A DNA stretch of 23,079 nucleotides, taken from assembly GCF_004010195.1 (NCBI RefSeq), contig NC_057719.1:59595669-59618747 (forward strand), read 5' to 3'. Positions 9,557 to 21,189 of this stretch are shown here, piece after piece (position 1 is the first letter of the stretch; each line of letters starts with the position of its first letter). The position numbers and the translations under genes were made by a program. Source of the stretch: Chiloscyllium plagiosum. Taxonomy: Eukaryota. The notes below the pieces were generated by a model. It did not search any database, had not been told where the DNA came from, and saw nothing but the letters and a program-made list of their open reading frames with translations.

Positions 9557-11040
9557 ATAATTTTATTGGCATTTAATACTTCGTATCCACTTCTTTCAAG
9601 AAAGAGCAGAAATTATTAATATTCAGTTGAACTGACAGGAGAAAAATAAGCAGTCCCCATGCAAACATCCCAAGTAATTGTGTGCTTGCTCCCTAGAAAA
9701 CAAATACTTATCATCGAAAAATCTCTTTAACTGGTTAATCTGGAGTTTCTGTATGCCCTTGATGATTTGTTGCCAGTGCATATGCTTAGTAACAAAATAA
9801 CAAATGCATACAATATGATTCTGGATGGGTACCTGCTAATTCTCATGGCATATCTTCTTGAATATGTTCAGTCACAAAATGCAGTATATGTACAGTATCA
9901 AAAGAACCTTATATTTTTCAATTATATTCTGCTTGCTGGCCACAACAAGAGTTGGCATTCTTAATTTAAATGGCCTATGGCTCTATCAGTTCTCATAAAA
10001 ACTGGCATTGTCAAGAGTTCCCTTTTCACATTTTTTTACAAATTCCAGTTCTGCTGAAACCTTGAATTTGTTTTACTTACAGTTTTCTTTCCCATGAATT
10101 AGTAGACAATAATTCAATCTATGAGATTTCCAAATAAAACTGAGTAAATAGAGATTAGGCTAGCAAAATGCCAAAATATACATGAAAATAAAACACAAAA
10201 ATGAATAGCTTCGCCATAAAAACAACTCAACATTAAGAAGAAACTGCAACACATTTTATGGAGGTTAGAGTGGAATTGGTGAAGGAACCCATTAAAAATC
10301 TTTTTTTTTATGATTCCTATCAAATAGATGACTTATTTTTTGCATCTTGAAATGGTCATACAAATCCTAGAGAAAAAAAGACTGGGAATTGATTTATTTA
10401 TGCATTTATGTTAAATGTTTTAAAATAGTTTCTGTGCATTCAGCAAGAGATTTGCACAAAATCTCATTGCACTGCTCGATGGAACACGTAAGACAATCTG
10501 GGTGGAATATATAACCACGGATCATTTGGAATCCTGCCTTCAGACATAGACTTTTTATTCATGCAGGTTGTTGAGGAGAAAGGTGATCAAATTGCTTATT
10601 TGAGGAAACAAGGCATCAATTACTTTCTTTTATCCATCTATGTATTGATTCATGTGCTTTATAACAGTAATACCACCTTGGAATGACCTGGAGATAACGA
10701 AGTTGCTGTGACATCCACTGCATCATCTTTGCAATGCTTGTGGATAAGTGCGACTGGAAATAAGTGGGACTGTTTACTCACAGCATTCCTTGTGAAGCAT
10801 AGATTGAGAAGGAATTACTGACATCTGGAGGTATGTGTGACCCAGTCTGTCTATTTCTTTCAAAAAAGAAGACAGAGATAGGCTGAAATTTGTAGCGAAG
10901 CCTGAAGTTTTTCCACTGAGGCCACAAACAAGAGGCATTATTTCTCAGCAGTGGGTAAGCTGGGTGGCAGATTACAATTTAACTGTGTAGAGGTGATGAA
11001 GTTATCCATTGTAGCAGGAAGTGCTTGAGCCATGCTTACA

Positions 11041-11176
11041 AGTCTGAGAGTGTGGTGCTGGAAAAGCACAGCAGGCCAGGAGATTCTCCTGCTCCTCGGA
11101 TGCTGCCTGGCCTGCTGTGCTTTTCCAGCACCACACTCTCAACTCTGATCTCCAGCATCTGCATTCCTCACTTGCT
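11041..11176. mobile_element. PLE-derived fold-back (palindromic) insertion with 11-bp TSD
   Basis: Perfect 35-bp inverted repeat 11046-11080 / 11106-11140 with a 25-nt loop. Flanked by direct repeat ccatgcttaca at 11030-11040 and 11177-11187. The sequence resembles the shark PLE terminal repeat (compare 1646-1680). Confidence 0.8.
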
Positions 11177-11827
11177 CCATGCTTACAGTTGCCATATTTA
11201 ATTCTTTGAAAAGGATCCAACCAATAATAAAGGCCTTAAAGGAAGACCTGTAAAAGAAGGTTTGCCAAAGAATGATAGAGGGAAGACTCTAGAAAGCCTT
11301 ATGATTTAGTGATGCTGCCTTAAACTTCTCCTTTAGGCTGCTTAGGCAAGTCTAGATGGAGATCTTGGAGGAGTTCAATAGCCAATGGGTCATGCAGAGA
11401 GTCTGACTACAACACCACAACTGAGTGAATGACTTCACAAAGGAACTTACCTAGTGATTGACATGTGGCTGCAGATGTGGATGAGCTTGAGAGAGAAGGA
11501 ATATCAATGGTGATGCAGCCAGCGTAGCATTGTCTGTCCTTGGCAGGGTAGCAGTGGGTGAATTGTTCAAGTCAGAGTTGTCTCTTTTACTGGAATTCTT
11601 GAGTGGCTAGATGTAACAAACATTTCTGTGGCACAATCATAGTTTGCCATAACATAAGCAACAAACAACGACCATCTATGTGCTGGATTCTGAAGCAATT
11701 CAGCCACATTTCTCACCATAGCTCATGCAATTCAGACCCTTATAATTATCAATTATCTCTACAGATTTACGTAATGTTTCTGTAAATGTGCAGCATTTTT
11801 GGATCTAATCATTATTTATTTATCACA

Positions 11828-12172
11828 GGGGAGGGAATGACCTCATGGTATTATTGCTGGTCTGTTAAACCAGAGACCCAGATAGTGTTCTGGAGGCCAG
11901 GATTTGAATGCTACCACAGCAGGTGGTGGAATATGACTTCAATAAATATCTGGAATTAGGAGTCTAATGATGACCATGAATCCATTGTTAATTGTTGGAA
12001 AAACCCAAGTGGTTTATTAATATCCTTTTGAGAAGGATCTAGTCTGCCCTACATATGATTCCAGACCCACAGGTTGACTCCTAACTGCCCTGTGGGCAAT
12101 TAGGAATGGGCAATAAATGCTGCCTCGCCAGCAATGCCCTAATCCTGTGAATGAATAAATAAATAAAGAAAA
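11828..12172 (+). mobile_element. tRNA-derived SINE with LINE-derived tail
   Basis: A-box-like tgacctcatggt and B-box-like ggatttgaatgct. The 3' tail gggcaataaatgctgcctcgccagcaatgccc...gaatgaataaataaataaa matches the 3' end of the LINE at 14104-15390. Confidence 0.7.
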
Positions 12173-12850
12173 ATTGGCTGTGCAGCCCTTCTGCAATGTG
12201 TCTGTCTTTGCAGATGGATGTATGCTATTTGTCATACATTTGTGGCTGACATCTGGCATGATGCCTTTAGTATCCAAGTCATCATACTCTGTGATAGGTG
12301 GGTGATGATTTTCAGTTCAGATACTTGTTGCCTGTTTCTTCATAGGATTTGACTATTGCTTGTTATAATGTCAAATTAACTTGGCTAGACAGAATGATGT
12401 AATATCTTTCCATGAACATACATATTCATTGGAAAATCCCAAATTCTTATGCTTTGCCCTGGTTCAAATTAGGATAACTGTCAGCATGTTTGATGATCAT
12501 GTATTTGTATCATTTTCTTCCATCTTTCAAACAATGCGGTTGGATGATAAGTGTTTAGGAGGGAAGGACTGTGTGCATATATCTTGTAAACATGAGCATT
12601 GCCAGTGAAGATAAACCATTGTCTTAAGGAATAGCACTATGATTTCACAAAGCTATCTGAAAATCCTATCATCACTTTACATTTTACTATCATGGATCTT
12701 AGTGTACAGCAATGCATTCTACAAGACAGCTAGACTGAGGCTAGGGAGCAGAAGAGATAATGTACTTGACACCAATTTTCTGTGTGTGTTTGAAGAGAGC
12801 ACTAGTGTACTGTGGACCATGGTCTGCAACAGTTTATTGTGGAACACCAA

Positions 12851-12916
12851 AGAATAAGGAGAGCAAAGAACGGCACAGGAACAGGCCCATCAGCCCTCCA
12901 AGCCTGTGCCGATACA
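12851..12916 (-). mobile_element. Short CR1 3'-tail fragment
   Basis: caaagaacggcacaggaacaggcccatcagccctccaagcctgtgcc is the reverse complement of a typical CR1 3' terminal stem/tail. Confidence 0.5.
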
Positions 12917-13599
12917 TTTTGCAGTTCCATACTAATTCCACCAGCATTATTGCTTCAAACAGACTGAACATAATAGTTAATATGTAGTTGGCCTTAGAAA
13001 ATATCAGTTGCAGTCTTGCACAATGGCTCAGAAAGGATTTTGTTTGGAATGAGAAGTTCTCTTGATTTTTGTGGTTGATGGAATAAATTTGTTTCATACA
13101 AATTAATTAGTTTATCTGTATCCTTATTGCTGTCTGGCCATTAGATGGATTAATGTAATTTACTGGTTCTTTCTGTGTTTATGTGCGTATATGGTCCCAG
13201 ATGGCTCGATGTTCCGCTTGTGAAACATTCACAAGTATGTTTTTGAAAATTCCATTCCCAGAAATTCCTAGTTCATCTCTCTCTGGCCAAAAAGAATATG
13301 TTTGCTCAGGGACTTGTTAAACAAGTTCAGGCCAGTCACCACTGATGATCTTTTTGAGTTGTTACTGCTGACAATCATCAGAGAAATTTGAAAGCAATGC
13401 TCAAAATATTCAACAGTGACAAAATAAATATTGTGCAATTTAGTTTTAAAAACACAATACCTAAAAGCAATGCACTTAATGGCTGTCACATGGGCAAAAA
13501 AAAGCACATGCATTTTTTTTGGCGTACAATGTTAATCATTTAAATTCTATTAAAAGAAAGATCTTATTTTAAGCAATACAATATACCATGCTTACTGAA

Positions 13600-13905
13600 T
13601 CTGATCTGCTTGGATCTGATCAAAATGAATGAAATCGATGTGGAAACTATCTTTGAACTCGGGTTCAACAATATCAACTTGTCAGTCCAGAGGAATACCT
13701 TTCTCTTAGCCCGATTTGGAAGTAGCCTACGAGCATTGGAAATGGTTGTCTGTGAACCTGGCTTGAATTGTACATCAAATTTATATCCTTAGATTTTGAC
13801 AAATAGATGTTGGAGTCATAGAAGTGAACATGATCATTTCCAATGGTGTGTGGTCAGTATAAACAATGAAATGATTGCCACATTGGTACATGTGGAATAT
13901 CTTTA
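13600..13905 (-). mobile_element. Ancient Gypsy pol relic (RNase H C-terminal part)
   Basis: The minus strand reads IFHMYQCGNHFIVYTDHTPLEMI then, after a frameshift, LFVKI*GYKFDVQFKPGSQTTISNARRLLP, matching Gypsy RNase H motifs F.xY.YG..F.V.TDHKPL and LQ.Y.F.I.YKPG....ADALSR. Confidence 0.7.
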
Positions 13906-14103
13906 TTCTGAAAAATAGACATGACTTTTTCTTTCAATGTTGACTTTGATTAGTTTGCCTGAGCTTTTGTAAGCACCTTAGAACCAAATGGCTTGTTATC
14001 CAATAATAGATAGCTCTGAGGCCTTTCTGGGATGTATCTGTTTCCAATGTGGTGAGCTGGAGCAATCATATTATTGAAAACTTCACAAACTGGACAAAGA
14101 TGC

Positions 14104-15390
14104 TTTATTTTATTAATCTATGGGACTTGGGTGTTGCTAGCTAGGCCAGCATTTATTGACTGCCCTGGGTGCCTTTGAGAAGGTAGTGATGAACTGCCTT
14201 CTTGAATGCTGCAGTTCACCTGTGTAGGTTGACCCACAATGCCATTAGGGAGTGAATTCCAGAATTTTGACCCAGTGCCAGAGAAGGAACGGTGTTATAT
14301 TTCCAAAACAGGATGATGAGTGGCTTGGAGGGGAACATGAAGGTGTTCCCATGTAACTGCTGTCCTTGTCTTGCTAGGTGAAAGTGTTCATGGGTTTGTA
14401 AGGTGTTGTCTCAGGATCTTTGGTCAATTTCTGCACTGCATCAGTTAGCACACAGTGCTGCTGCTGAGCATTGGTGGTTGATGGAATGGATACTACCAAT
14501 CAAAGTGAGTGGTTTTGTCCTGAATGGTGTCAAGTTTCTTGAATGCTATAGGAGCTGCACCCAGGTAAGTGGGGAGTATTCCATTATAATCCTGATGGGT
14601 TTTTTTAGATTAGATTCCTTACAATGTGGAAACAGCCATTTGGCCCAACAAGTCCACACTGACCCTCCGAAGAGTAACCCACCCAGACCCATTCCCTTAC
14701 ATTTACCGCTGACTAATGTACCTCACACTATGGGCAATTTAGCATGGTCAATTTATCTGACCTGTACATCTTTGGACTGTGGGTGGAAACCGGAGATCCC
14801 AGAGGAAACCCACGCAGTCATGGGGACAATGTGCAAACTCTGCACAGACAGTTGCCTGAGATGGGAATCCAACTGTGGTCCCTGGCGCCGTGAGGCAGCA
14901 GTGCTAACTACTGAGCTACCATGCCGTCCTAGCCACAGTGACTTGTGCCATACAGAGAGTAGATAGGCTTTGGAGAGTCAAAAGGTGAGTTATTCACCAT
15001 AATATTCCCAGCTTCTGACCTGTTCTTGTAACCACCATTGTGTTTATATGGTGAGTCCAGTTGAGTTTCTGGGCAATGATTGACCCAAATATTTGATAGT
15101 TTGGGATTCAGTGATGGTAACACCATTGAATGTCAAATGACAGTCATTAGGTTGTCTTTTATTGGAGATAGCCTGGCATTTATGTGGCAGAAATGTTATT
15201 TGCCCCTTGTTGGCCCAAGACTGTCTATTTCCCAGATCTTGTTGCATTTGAACATGGAGTGCTTGAGAAGTCACAAATGGTGCTGAACATTGTGCAATCA
15301 CCAGCAAACATCCCCACTTCTTACCTTAAATGGAGGGAAGGTCATTAATGAATTCACTGAAGATTGTTGGGCCTCAGACACTGCCCAGAG
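14104..15390 (-). mobile_element. 5'-truncated CR1/L2-group LINE (RT C-terminus and 3' UTR), interrupted by an HE1 SINE
   Basis: Minus-strand RT motifs GSV*GPTIFSEFINDLPS, EVGMFAGDC, QMQQDLGNRQSWANKGQITFLPHKCQ...TIKYLG (ORF 15044-15307), EYSPLTW...KKLDTIQDK. The tail ends in aataaaaataaa near 14104. Confidence 0.8.
14605..14929 (-). mobile_element. HE1 SINE (V-SINE family, tRNA-derived), full length
   Basis: Minus strand: ggacggcatggtagctcagtagttagcactgctgcctcacggcgccagggacc head, V-domain gagtttgcacattgtcccc...gcgtgggtttcctctggg...cagtccaaagatgt, and a CR1-derived tail ending aatctaatctaa. ORF 14403-14966 is a read-through artefact. Confidence 0.9.
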
Positions 15391-15646
15391 CAAGTGACTG
15401 AAGTGATAGTAGGGGAACACCTTGAGTCTAGTGATCATAATTCTATTTGTTTTAAAATAGTTAATGGAAAAGGATAAGTCATCCTTACAATTAAAGATTT
15501 CAACTGGAGTAAGGCAAATTTTAATGATATTAGACGAGAACTTTCAAAAGATTATTGAAGGAGACTCTTCGGAGAATAAAGGGCTGTCTGCTAAGTTTGA
15601 AAATGTGAGTTCAGAGTCATTATGTTCCTGTTAGGGTGAAAGTAAG
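15391..15646 (+). mobile_element. CR1 LINE ORF2 fragment 1 (end of APE domain and linker)
   Basis: VTEVIVGEHLESSDHNSICFKI (APE SDH motif), FNWSKANFNDIRRELS, YVPVRVK. Continues at 18841. Confidence 0.8.
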
Positions 15647-16264
15647 TGAAATAACTGTACAGAGGCTGGTGTTCCATTACTGAGTCACCCTTTATTTACT
15701 TATGCACAGCACACTGGCTGTGGCCAGTCAGCTTTGACTTAGTCCTCAACTGAGGAGATTCTAACCTCCAGGTCATCTTTTTTCCCAGTTCAGAATCAGT
15801 CCCTGAGCTGAGGTGATTCCAATTCTCCTGTTTATTTGTTTTATTAAACTCCCACACTATCGCTGAACAGCAGTAATGTTTATTTATTCCCCACTACCTG
15901 TGTCGTGTCTGTGCAGGTGTAGGATACAGTGAAGAATAACAATTGCAGAAATCTTTATTCACATTCCACCACCAGGAAGAAAAGAAACACCTGAGTGGCC
16001 AGTGACAAGCAATGCCCTTCTCGACAAAGGGCAATGCCTAAGTGATCAAAAAAGTGAAGGGAGGGCACGGATTAAACCAAAACAGAATCAGAGGGGGGAA
16101 ATAAAACACTCCATATACCACAGTGCCCACCTCTCTCTGAAAGCCTTGAGGGTGTTGGTAGACACTGACCTCCAGGTTATATTGGTAAGCCAGGGCTTTC
16201 CTGATTAGGGTTGCTAACCTGGGCCAATCAAGTTAACAAGGTCCACCTGGTCCCAATCACTACA
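15647..16264 (-). repeat. 3' LTR of the Gypsy element (contains a nested Tx1-like insert)
   Basis: Begins TGTAGTGATTGG on minus directly after the PPT and ends in CA at the TSD. AATAAA on minus near 15691-15696. Confidence 0.8.
15830..16175 (-). mobile_element. 5'-truncated Tx1/L1-clade non-LTR retrotransposon 3' end nested in the LTR
   Basis: Minus strand VSTNTLKAFRERWALWYMECFISP(fs)SDSVLV* resembles the recalled Tx1 ORF2 C-terminus. It is followed by a 3' UTR ending gtttaataaaacaaataaa. Imperfect flanking repeat ctcctgtttat / ctccaggttat. Confidence 0.55.
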
Positions 16265-18840
16265 TCACCACCACCCCCACCCCCACCCCCTCTCAGGTCC
16301 AGGGATGTAGGTGTGGGGCTTTCTCCTGTAACTTCTCTTGTGATGCTTTCACCCTAGTTCTGATTCCTCTGACTCAGACTCAGACAATGGCAGCGAGTAT
16401 CAAACTACGGCATGTCTCTTGCACCTGGAATGTCTCAGAAGAGTCTCCTCCCCTTCTTCCGGTGGTAATGGTACCGAGGCTGCATCCATTTCAGACTCTG
16501 AAATGTCCTCGACACTAGATGGAGGGGGAGTACCTGCGGTTTCTGACAGGCCTTCAGGCTGTTCTGAGGGGCTAGGTATGTTTTGCTCCTGCCCCATATG
16601 TGAGGTAGCAGCTTTCAGGTGATCCGTGTGTTTGTTCAGGACTGTATCATCTACCTGAAGTTTGTAAGTCACGGGACCTGAGCTCGCCTTGTACATATTC
16701 AGGGCCATTCCTATGGTTCTGGCACCAAAGTTCATCCTGTGAATTAAATTGTCTCTCTCACTTAGAGGATGCATTTGGTTCCTGCTTCCATTTCACCCTC
16801 CCAACCTCAGGTCTGGGAATATCAGGTTTAACTTGACGCAGAGTCTTATCCCCATTAGCAACTCTGCTGGAGCTATCCCTGTTGTTGTGTGTGGCGTGGT
16901 CCTATAATCCAACAGGAACTGGGATAGTCTGGTCTCAATTTGCCCTGTAGGCTGCTTCTTTAATCCTGCCTTCAATGTTTGGACCACTGTTTCCACTAGA
17001 CCATTGGACTATGTGCCAAATGCCATCTGACTTTAGGAAATATGCAAATTCCCTGCTGGTAAATGACATCACGTTGTCTGTGATCAATACTTTCAGGTGT
17101 CCATCTAACATGAACGATGCTTGCAGCTTCTCAATCGTCATTTTGCTGAACCTTATGCATGGCCAAGCACCTTGAATGGGCATCCACAATGACCAGGAAC
17201 ATTGAGCCCATGAAAAGACTGGTATAGTTGACATGCAACCAAGTCCAATGTTTACCTGGCCAGTCCTACGAATGTGGGGATGTTGTTTGTAGCAATTGTT
17301 GTCCTTGTTGGCACGCTGGGCACTGCCCGACCAATGTAGCTATGGCAGCATCCAACCCTAGCCAGCAGACATAGCACTTGCCAGCATCTTCATCTTGGAA
17401 ACCTCTGGATGCCCCGGTGGAGTTCGGTCAGTAGTTGGTGGCAATCTTTACTCAGGACAATCACTCTTGCTTCCGACAGTAATATGTCATCCTCTATGTT
17501 CATATAATCTGGTCTTGCCAGGTCCAAAAAGGTTTCAATCCTGGTTGTGATGGTCCTTCTGTTTCCCCCATTACCACCAGTTGTTTCAGTTTTGCTCGGA
17601 CAGGATCATTTTGTGTCCACAGAACCAAAATAGACTCTTCCAGGGGAGGCACCAGTGGAGTATCTGCCTGTGGGAAATGGCTCAAGGCACCTGCATTAAC
17701 CACCTGGTTTCCTGGATGGTGTTCTAACTTGGACTTGTACACACTGAAAATACAGGCCTCACATTGAATTCTACTGGAAGCTATGGGCGGCATCGACTTG
17801 TCTTCTTTCAGTAGCCCTAACAGGGGTTTGTGATTTGAAACTGTGACAAATTCTCGTCCGTAAAGATACAGGTGGAATCTCCTCACACCAAAGATGACCA
17901 CAAAACGTTCCTTGTCTATTTGGACATACTTGCATTCAGCATCAGCTAGAGTCCAGGAAGCATATGCTATTGGGTGTTCCCCCACCTTGCGCCACCCATG
18001 AGCCAACACTACCCCAATATCATATGGGGAGGCTTCACATGTCAGCTTTGGATTGTAGTGGACCAACACCTTAGATGACGACAGCTGCTTTTTCACTTCC
18101 CTGAAGGCTGCTTCTTGGCTATGAGAACAGATACAAGGCTGACCCTTTTTCAATAGCAGGTGTAAAGGTGCCAAGATGGAGGCCGGGTTACACATGAATT
18201 TTCTGTAATAATTTACTAATCCATGGAAAGACCTAAGCTCTGGTACAGACGTGGGAGCTGGGGCTCCTTTGATCATCCTCACTTTCCCTTCCAATGGGTG
18301 TAACCTGGTTTTATGAACTCTGTAACCCGAGTAGGCCACTTGAGGTGCTGCAAACATGCATTTTTTTCTCATCTAAGGCATACATCCACCTGAGAGAAAC
18401 ATTTAAGCATTGTGTGCAAGTTCTCCATGTGCTTTTTCTTGGTCTTCCCTGTTATTAGTGCATTATCCACGTAAATGGCAATCTGGGGTAGCTCTTGTAA
18501 GATGTTTTCCATGATCCGCTGGAAAAGAGTACAGGCTGCTCATACCCCAAATGGCAACCTTGTATATTGGTATAAACTCTTAATTGTGATGTATCTGGGA
18601 CTCCTCATCCAATTATGATTGCAGGTAGGCTTGGCTCATGTCCAGCGTCATAAAGGATAGCCCCCATGATAACTTTGCGTACAAGTCCATAATGTGAGCA
18701 ATTGGGTATTTATCCAGCAGCGGGAAGTGGTTTACTGTTGGATTACAATCCCCCCAGGCTTCACAATCAGTATGACCGGCTCTGCCCAGTTGTACAAGAA
18801 CTTTGTAGTTAACAAGGTCCACCTGGTTCCAATCACTACA

Positions 18841-20032
18841 GTAAGGCTTGCAGGATTAGAGGACGATGGATGAATAAAGATATTGAGGTTCTTCTCAAGA
18901 ATAAAAAGAATCACGTAACCAACTTGTTTTAAATGAATCTCTTGAACAGTATAAAGGATGTTGGGACATTCTTAAGAGGGAGATCAGGAAGGCAAAGATA
19001 GGGTATGAGACAGCCTTGGCAAATAAGGTTAAGGATAATCCAAAGAGATTCTACAAGTATATTAAGAGAAAGAGAGGGTTGTTTTTTAACTGGACGCCTG
19101 TAACTTACGGTGTTTCACAGTGATCAGTGCCAGGTCTACTTTTGTTTTTCATTTATATAAATGATTTAGATGTGAATATAGAAAGCATGGTTTGTAAGTT
19201 TGTGGGTGACACCAAGATTTATGATATAGTTGACAGTGAAGAGAATTATCTAAGTTTACAAAGAGATCTTGATGAATTGGGTCAATGGGCTGAAGATTGG
19301 CTATTAGGGTTTAATTTGGATAGAAGGAATTGGATTTTGATAAAACCAGAAGGGTAAAAGTAGGGCCTTGGGCAGTGTTGTAGAACAGGGAAATCTAGAG
19401 ATTCAGGTAGATAATTCATTGAAGTTTGCATCACATAGAGAAAGGTTGTTTACGAAGGCATTTAGCACCCGTTCCCTCATTGTTCAGACCTTTGAGTATA
19501 GGAGTTGGAGTGTTATATTGAGATTGTATAGGATATTGGTGAGGCCTCTTCTGTAGTGCTGTGTCCAGTTCTGGTCTCCCTGGTTTGGAAGGATAGTATT
19601 AACCTGGTAAGGGTTCAGAAGAGATTTACCAGGATGCCAGGAATAGAGGTTTGAGTTATAAGGAGAGGACAGATAGGCTGAGACTTTTTTCCTAGTGTGC
19701 AGAAGATTGACAGAATACCTTAGCGAGGTTTATAAAATCATGAAGGATATTGATAAGGTGAATGGCAGGTGTCCTTTCCCTAGTGTGGGAGATTTCAAGA
19801 ATAGGGGGCATATTTTAAGGCAAGAAGAGAAAGATTTTAAAAAAGACATGAGAGGCAATTTTTTTACACAGTGGTTCATATGTGGATTGAAATTCCAGAG
19901 GAAGTGGTGGATGGGGGTACAGTTACAATGTTTAAAACACATTTATATAAATACATGAAGAAAAAATGTTTGGAGGGATATGGGCCAAGCTCAGGTAGAT
20001 GGGTCTAGTTTAGATTGGTTTTGTGGTCAGCA
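18841..20032 (+). mobile_element. CR1 LINE ORF2 fragments 2-3 (linker joined by internal deletion to RT C-terminus and 3' region)
   Basis: LKREIRKAKIGYETALANKVKDNPKRFYKYIKRKR is fused at ~19076 to WTPVTYGVSQ*SV, LFFIYINDLD, KFVGDTK (FADDTK), LQRDLDELGQWAEDW, LRLYRILVRPLL, VQKRFTRM, EVYKIMK. Confidence 0.9.
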
Positions 20033-20770
20033 ATACTTCATTTCCTACTTGAAACATTGTAATTGCAGAAAGTTTGGCTGCTCATTGTTTCATTTTAGTT
20101 TGTGAAAACTTCAAGCTTACATTTGGTACCATACATGCCTTTCTAGAGACATGGACACCGACCAACATTGAGGATCTGTCTTTTTTGTTTCTTCTGATCA
20201 AATTCAATGGATCTCTAACCACAAGATCATAAATCTAAATAAATAAATAGACGAAACTAAGTAGATTCATTTGGAGAACCTGTGGTAGTAAATATTAAGA
20301 AATCTAATCCTTGATGCCAATCCTGTGAGTATTTGTGAAAGTATGCCGTAATAATGATGCTATCACTCCTATGATCTGTGTTTTTTTTGATAAGCAGTTA
20401 ATTTCAATTATTTTATGCTCAAACTATTGATGATGCTCTGGAAAACTTTACTCATCAAGTTAGAAGCCTGATCAGAGTGTATCTCAATTTGTAGTCTATA
20501 ACAAATAAAAAACTGAGTTAAGTTTCCATTGCTACCTTAGCTGTAAAGTTTCTTAAAGGAAATGCTTCTGGAACTGAGATTTTCATATTCATAATTGTAA
20601 GGATGGACTGCTTGAGTTTTTGGCAATGATCCTACATAACCTACTAATACTCAACTAAGTGGCTCTTCAAAATACTGGTAGGAGTCCCAAAGGTTGCAGA
20701 TTTAACCACATGTTGATGTTTTCCTGCTTCCTATCATACATAACACATTTTACAGTACTACACTATAACT

Positions 20771-20840
20771 GCCCCATCCCCACATCTAGCCCTAAAGAAG
20801 GATTATATCTGAAATATTGACTTCTCCACCTCGTGATGAT
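20771..20840 (+). mobile_element. Short PLE terminal remnant with degenerate hammerhead motif
   Basis: cCTAAAGAaggattatatctGAAAtattgacttctccacc is homologous to 1604-1643. The core is mutated (CTGA>CTAA). Confidence 0.55.
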
Positions 20841-20853
20841 GATAGATGAAGCT

Positions 20854-21189
20854 ATAACATTCTATCCTGCCAAATCATTCCCCAGGACTAAATCCACTCT
20901 GTCCATCATTACTTTGTAACTAGCCTGACTCCTGCTCGAGCAGATACCAAATCACACTTCAAGTGGGCTTTGTACAATGGAACTAGAATTACTATTCCTT
21001 TTACCAACACTTTGGCTTTCATTGAACTCTCTGGTGGGGAAACTAAATCCTTTTGCAACAAAAGAGTTTGAGTTGCCCCTGCATCATTATGTGCTTAGCT
21101 GCATCATTTGAAGACAAAGGGGGTGTTTTCCCTTGAGACAAAAACCCTTTATATTTGTCATCTACCCTATGTAATACAGCAGGGTTTAC
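20854..21189 (-). mobile_element. Second Gmr1-type Gypsy protease fragment
   Basis: Minus strand KYKGFLSQGK..., DAGATQTLLL (aspartic protease motif, 21077-21085), VLVKGI, VPLYKAHLKCDLVS, VDLVLGNDLAG. Confidence 0.7.

Larger units (their letters stand above)
15647..18840 (-). mobile_element. Gypsy LTR retrotransposon (RT-RNase H-IN order), internally deleted, with 5-bp TSD GTAAG
   Basis: TG...CA termini, TSD gtaag at 15642-15646 and 18841-18845. 3' LTR 15647-16264 is preceded on minus by a G-rich PPT (16265-16290). A 34-bp 5' LTR remnant at 18807-18840 matches 16231-16264 (1 mismatch). RT: WAEPVILIVKP, LDMSQAYLQ, RLPFGV, YVDN. ORF 17500-18372 has RT-end/RNase H (CEASPYDIG, FGVRRFHLYLYGREF, NHKPL). 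Integrase: ITDNVMSFTS, VQTLK...YRTTPHTTTG. Confidence 0.9.

Noticed and set aside
9575..9692. Minus-strand candidate exon with hydrophobic peptide MFAWGLLIFLLSVQLN
   Set aside because: The acceptor is plausible but the donor is weak, and T-rich DNA readily yields hydrophobic peptides.
10702..10754. Imperfect hairpin (gttgc..atccac..gtggat..gcgac) as miRNA or SECIS
   Set aside because: The stem is short and bulged, there is no properly placed UGAN/NGAN quartet with apical AA, and no recognisable mature miRNA.
8820..13240. Ig/TCR J-segment cluster (short segments ending in gtaag)
   Set aside because: No FGxG/WGxG motifs and no heptamer-nonamer recombination signals were found.
13596..13907. 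312-nt minus-strand segment with good acceptor (tttttcag) and donor (gtaagc) covering the Gypsy RNase H relic
   Set aside because: All three frames contain stops, so it is not a coding exon. Non-coding exonisation cannot be judged from sequence.
14403..14966. 187-aa ORF
   Set aside because: It is an antisense read-through of the LINE and the HE1 SINE, a well-known source of spurious shark ORFs.
17500..18372. 290-aa ORF as a domesticated or functional pol gene
   Set aside because: Catalytic motifs are decayed (CEAS for CDAS, NHKPL for DHKPL, YVDN upstream), and flanking pol is frameshifted.
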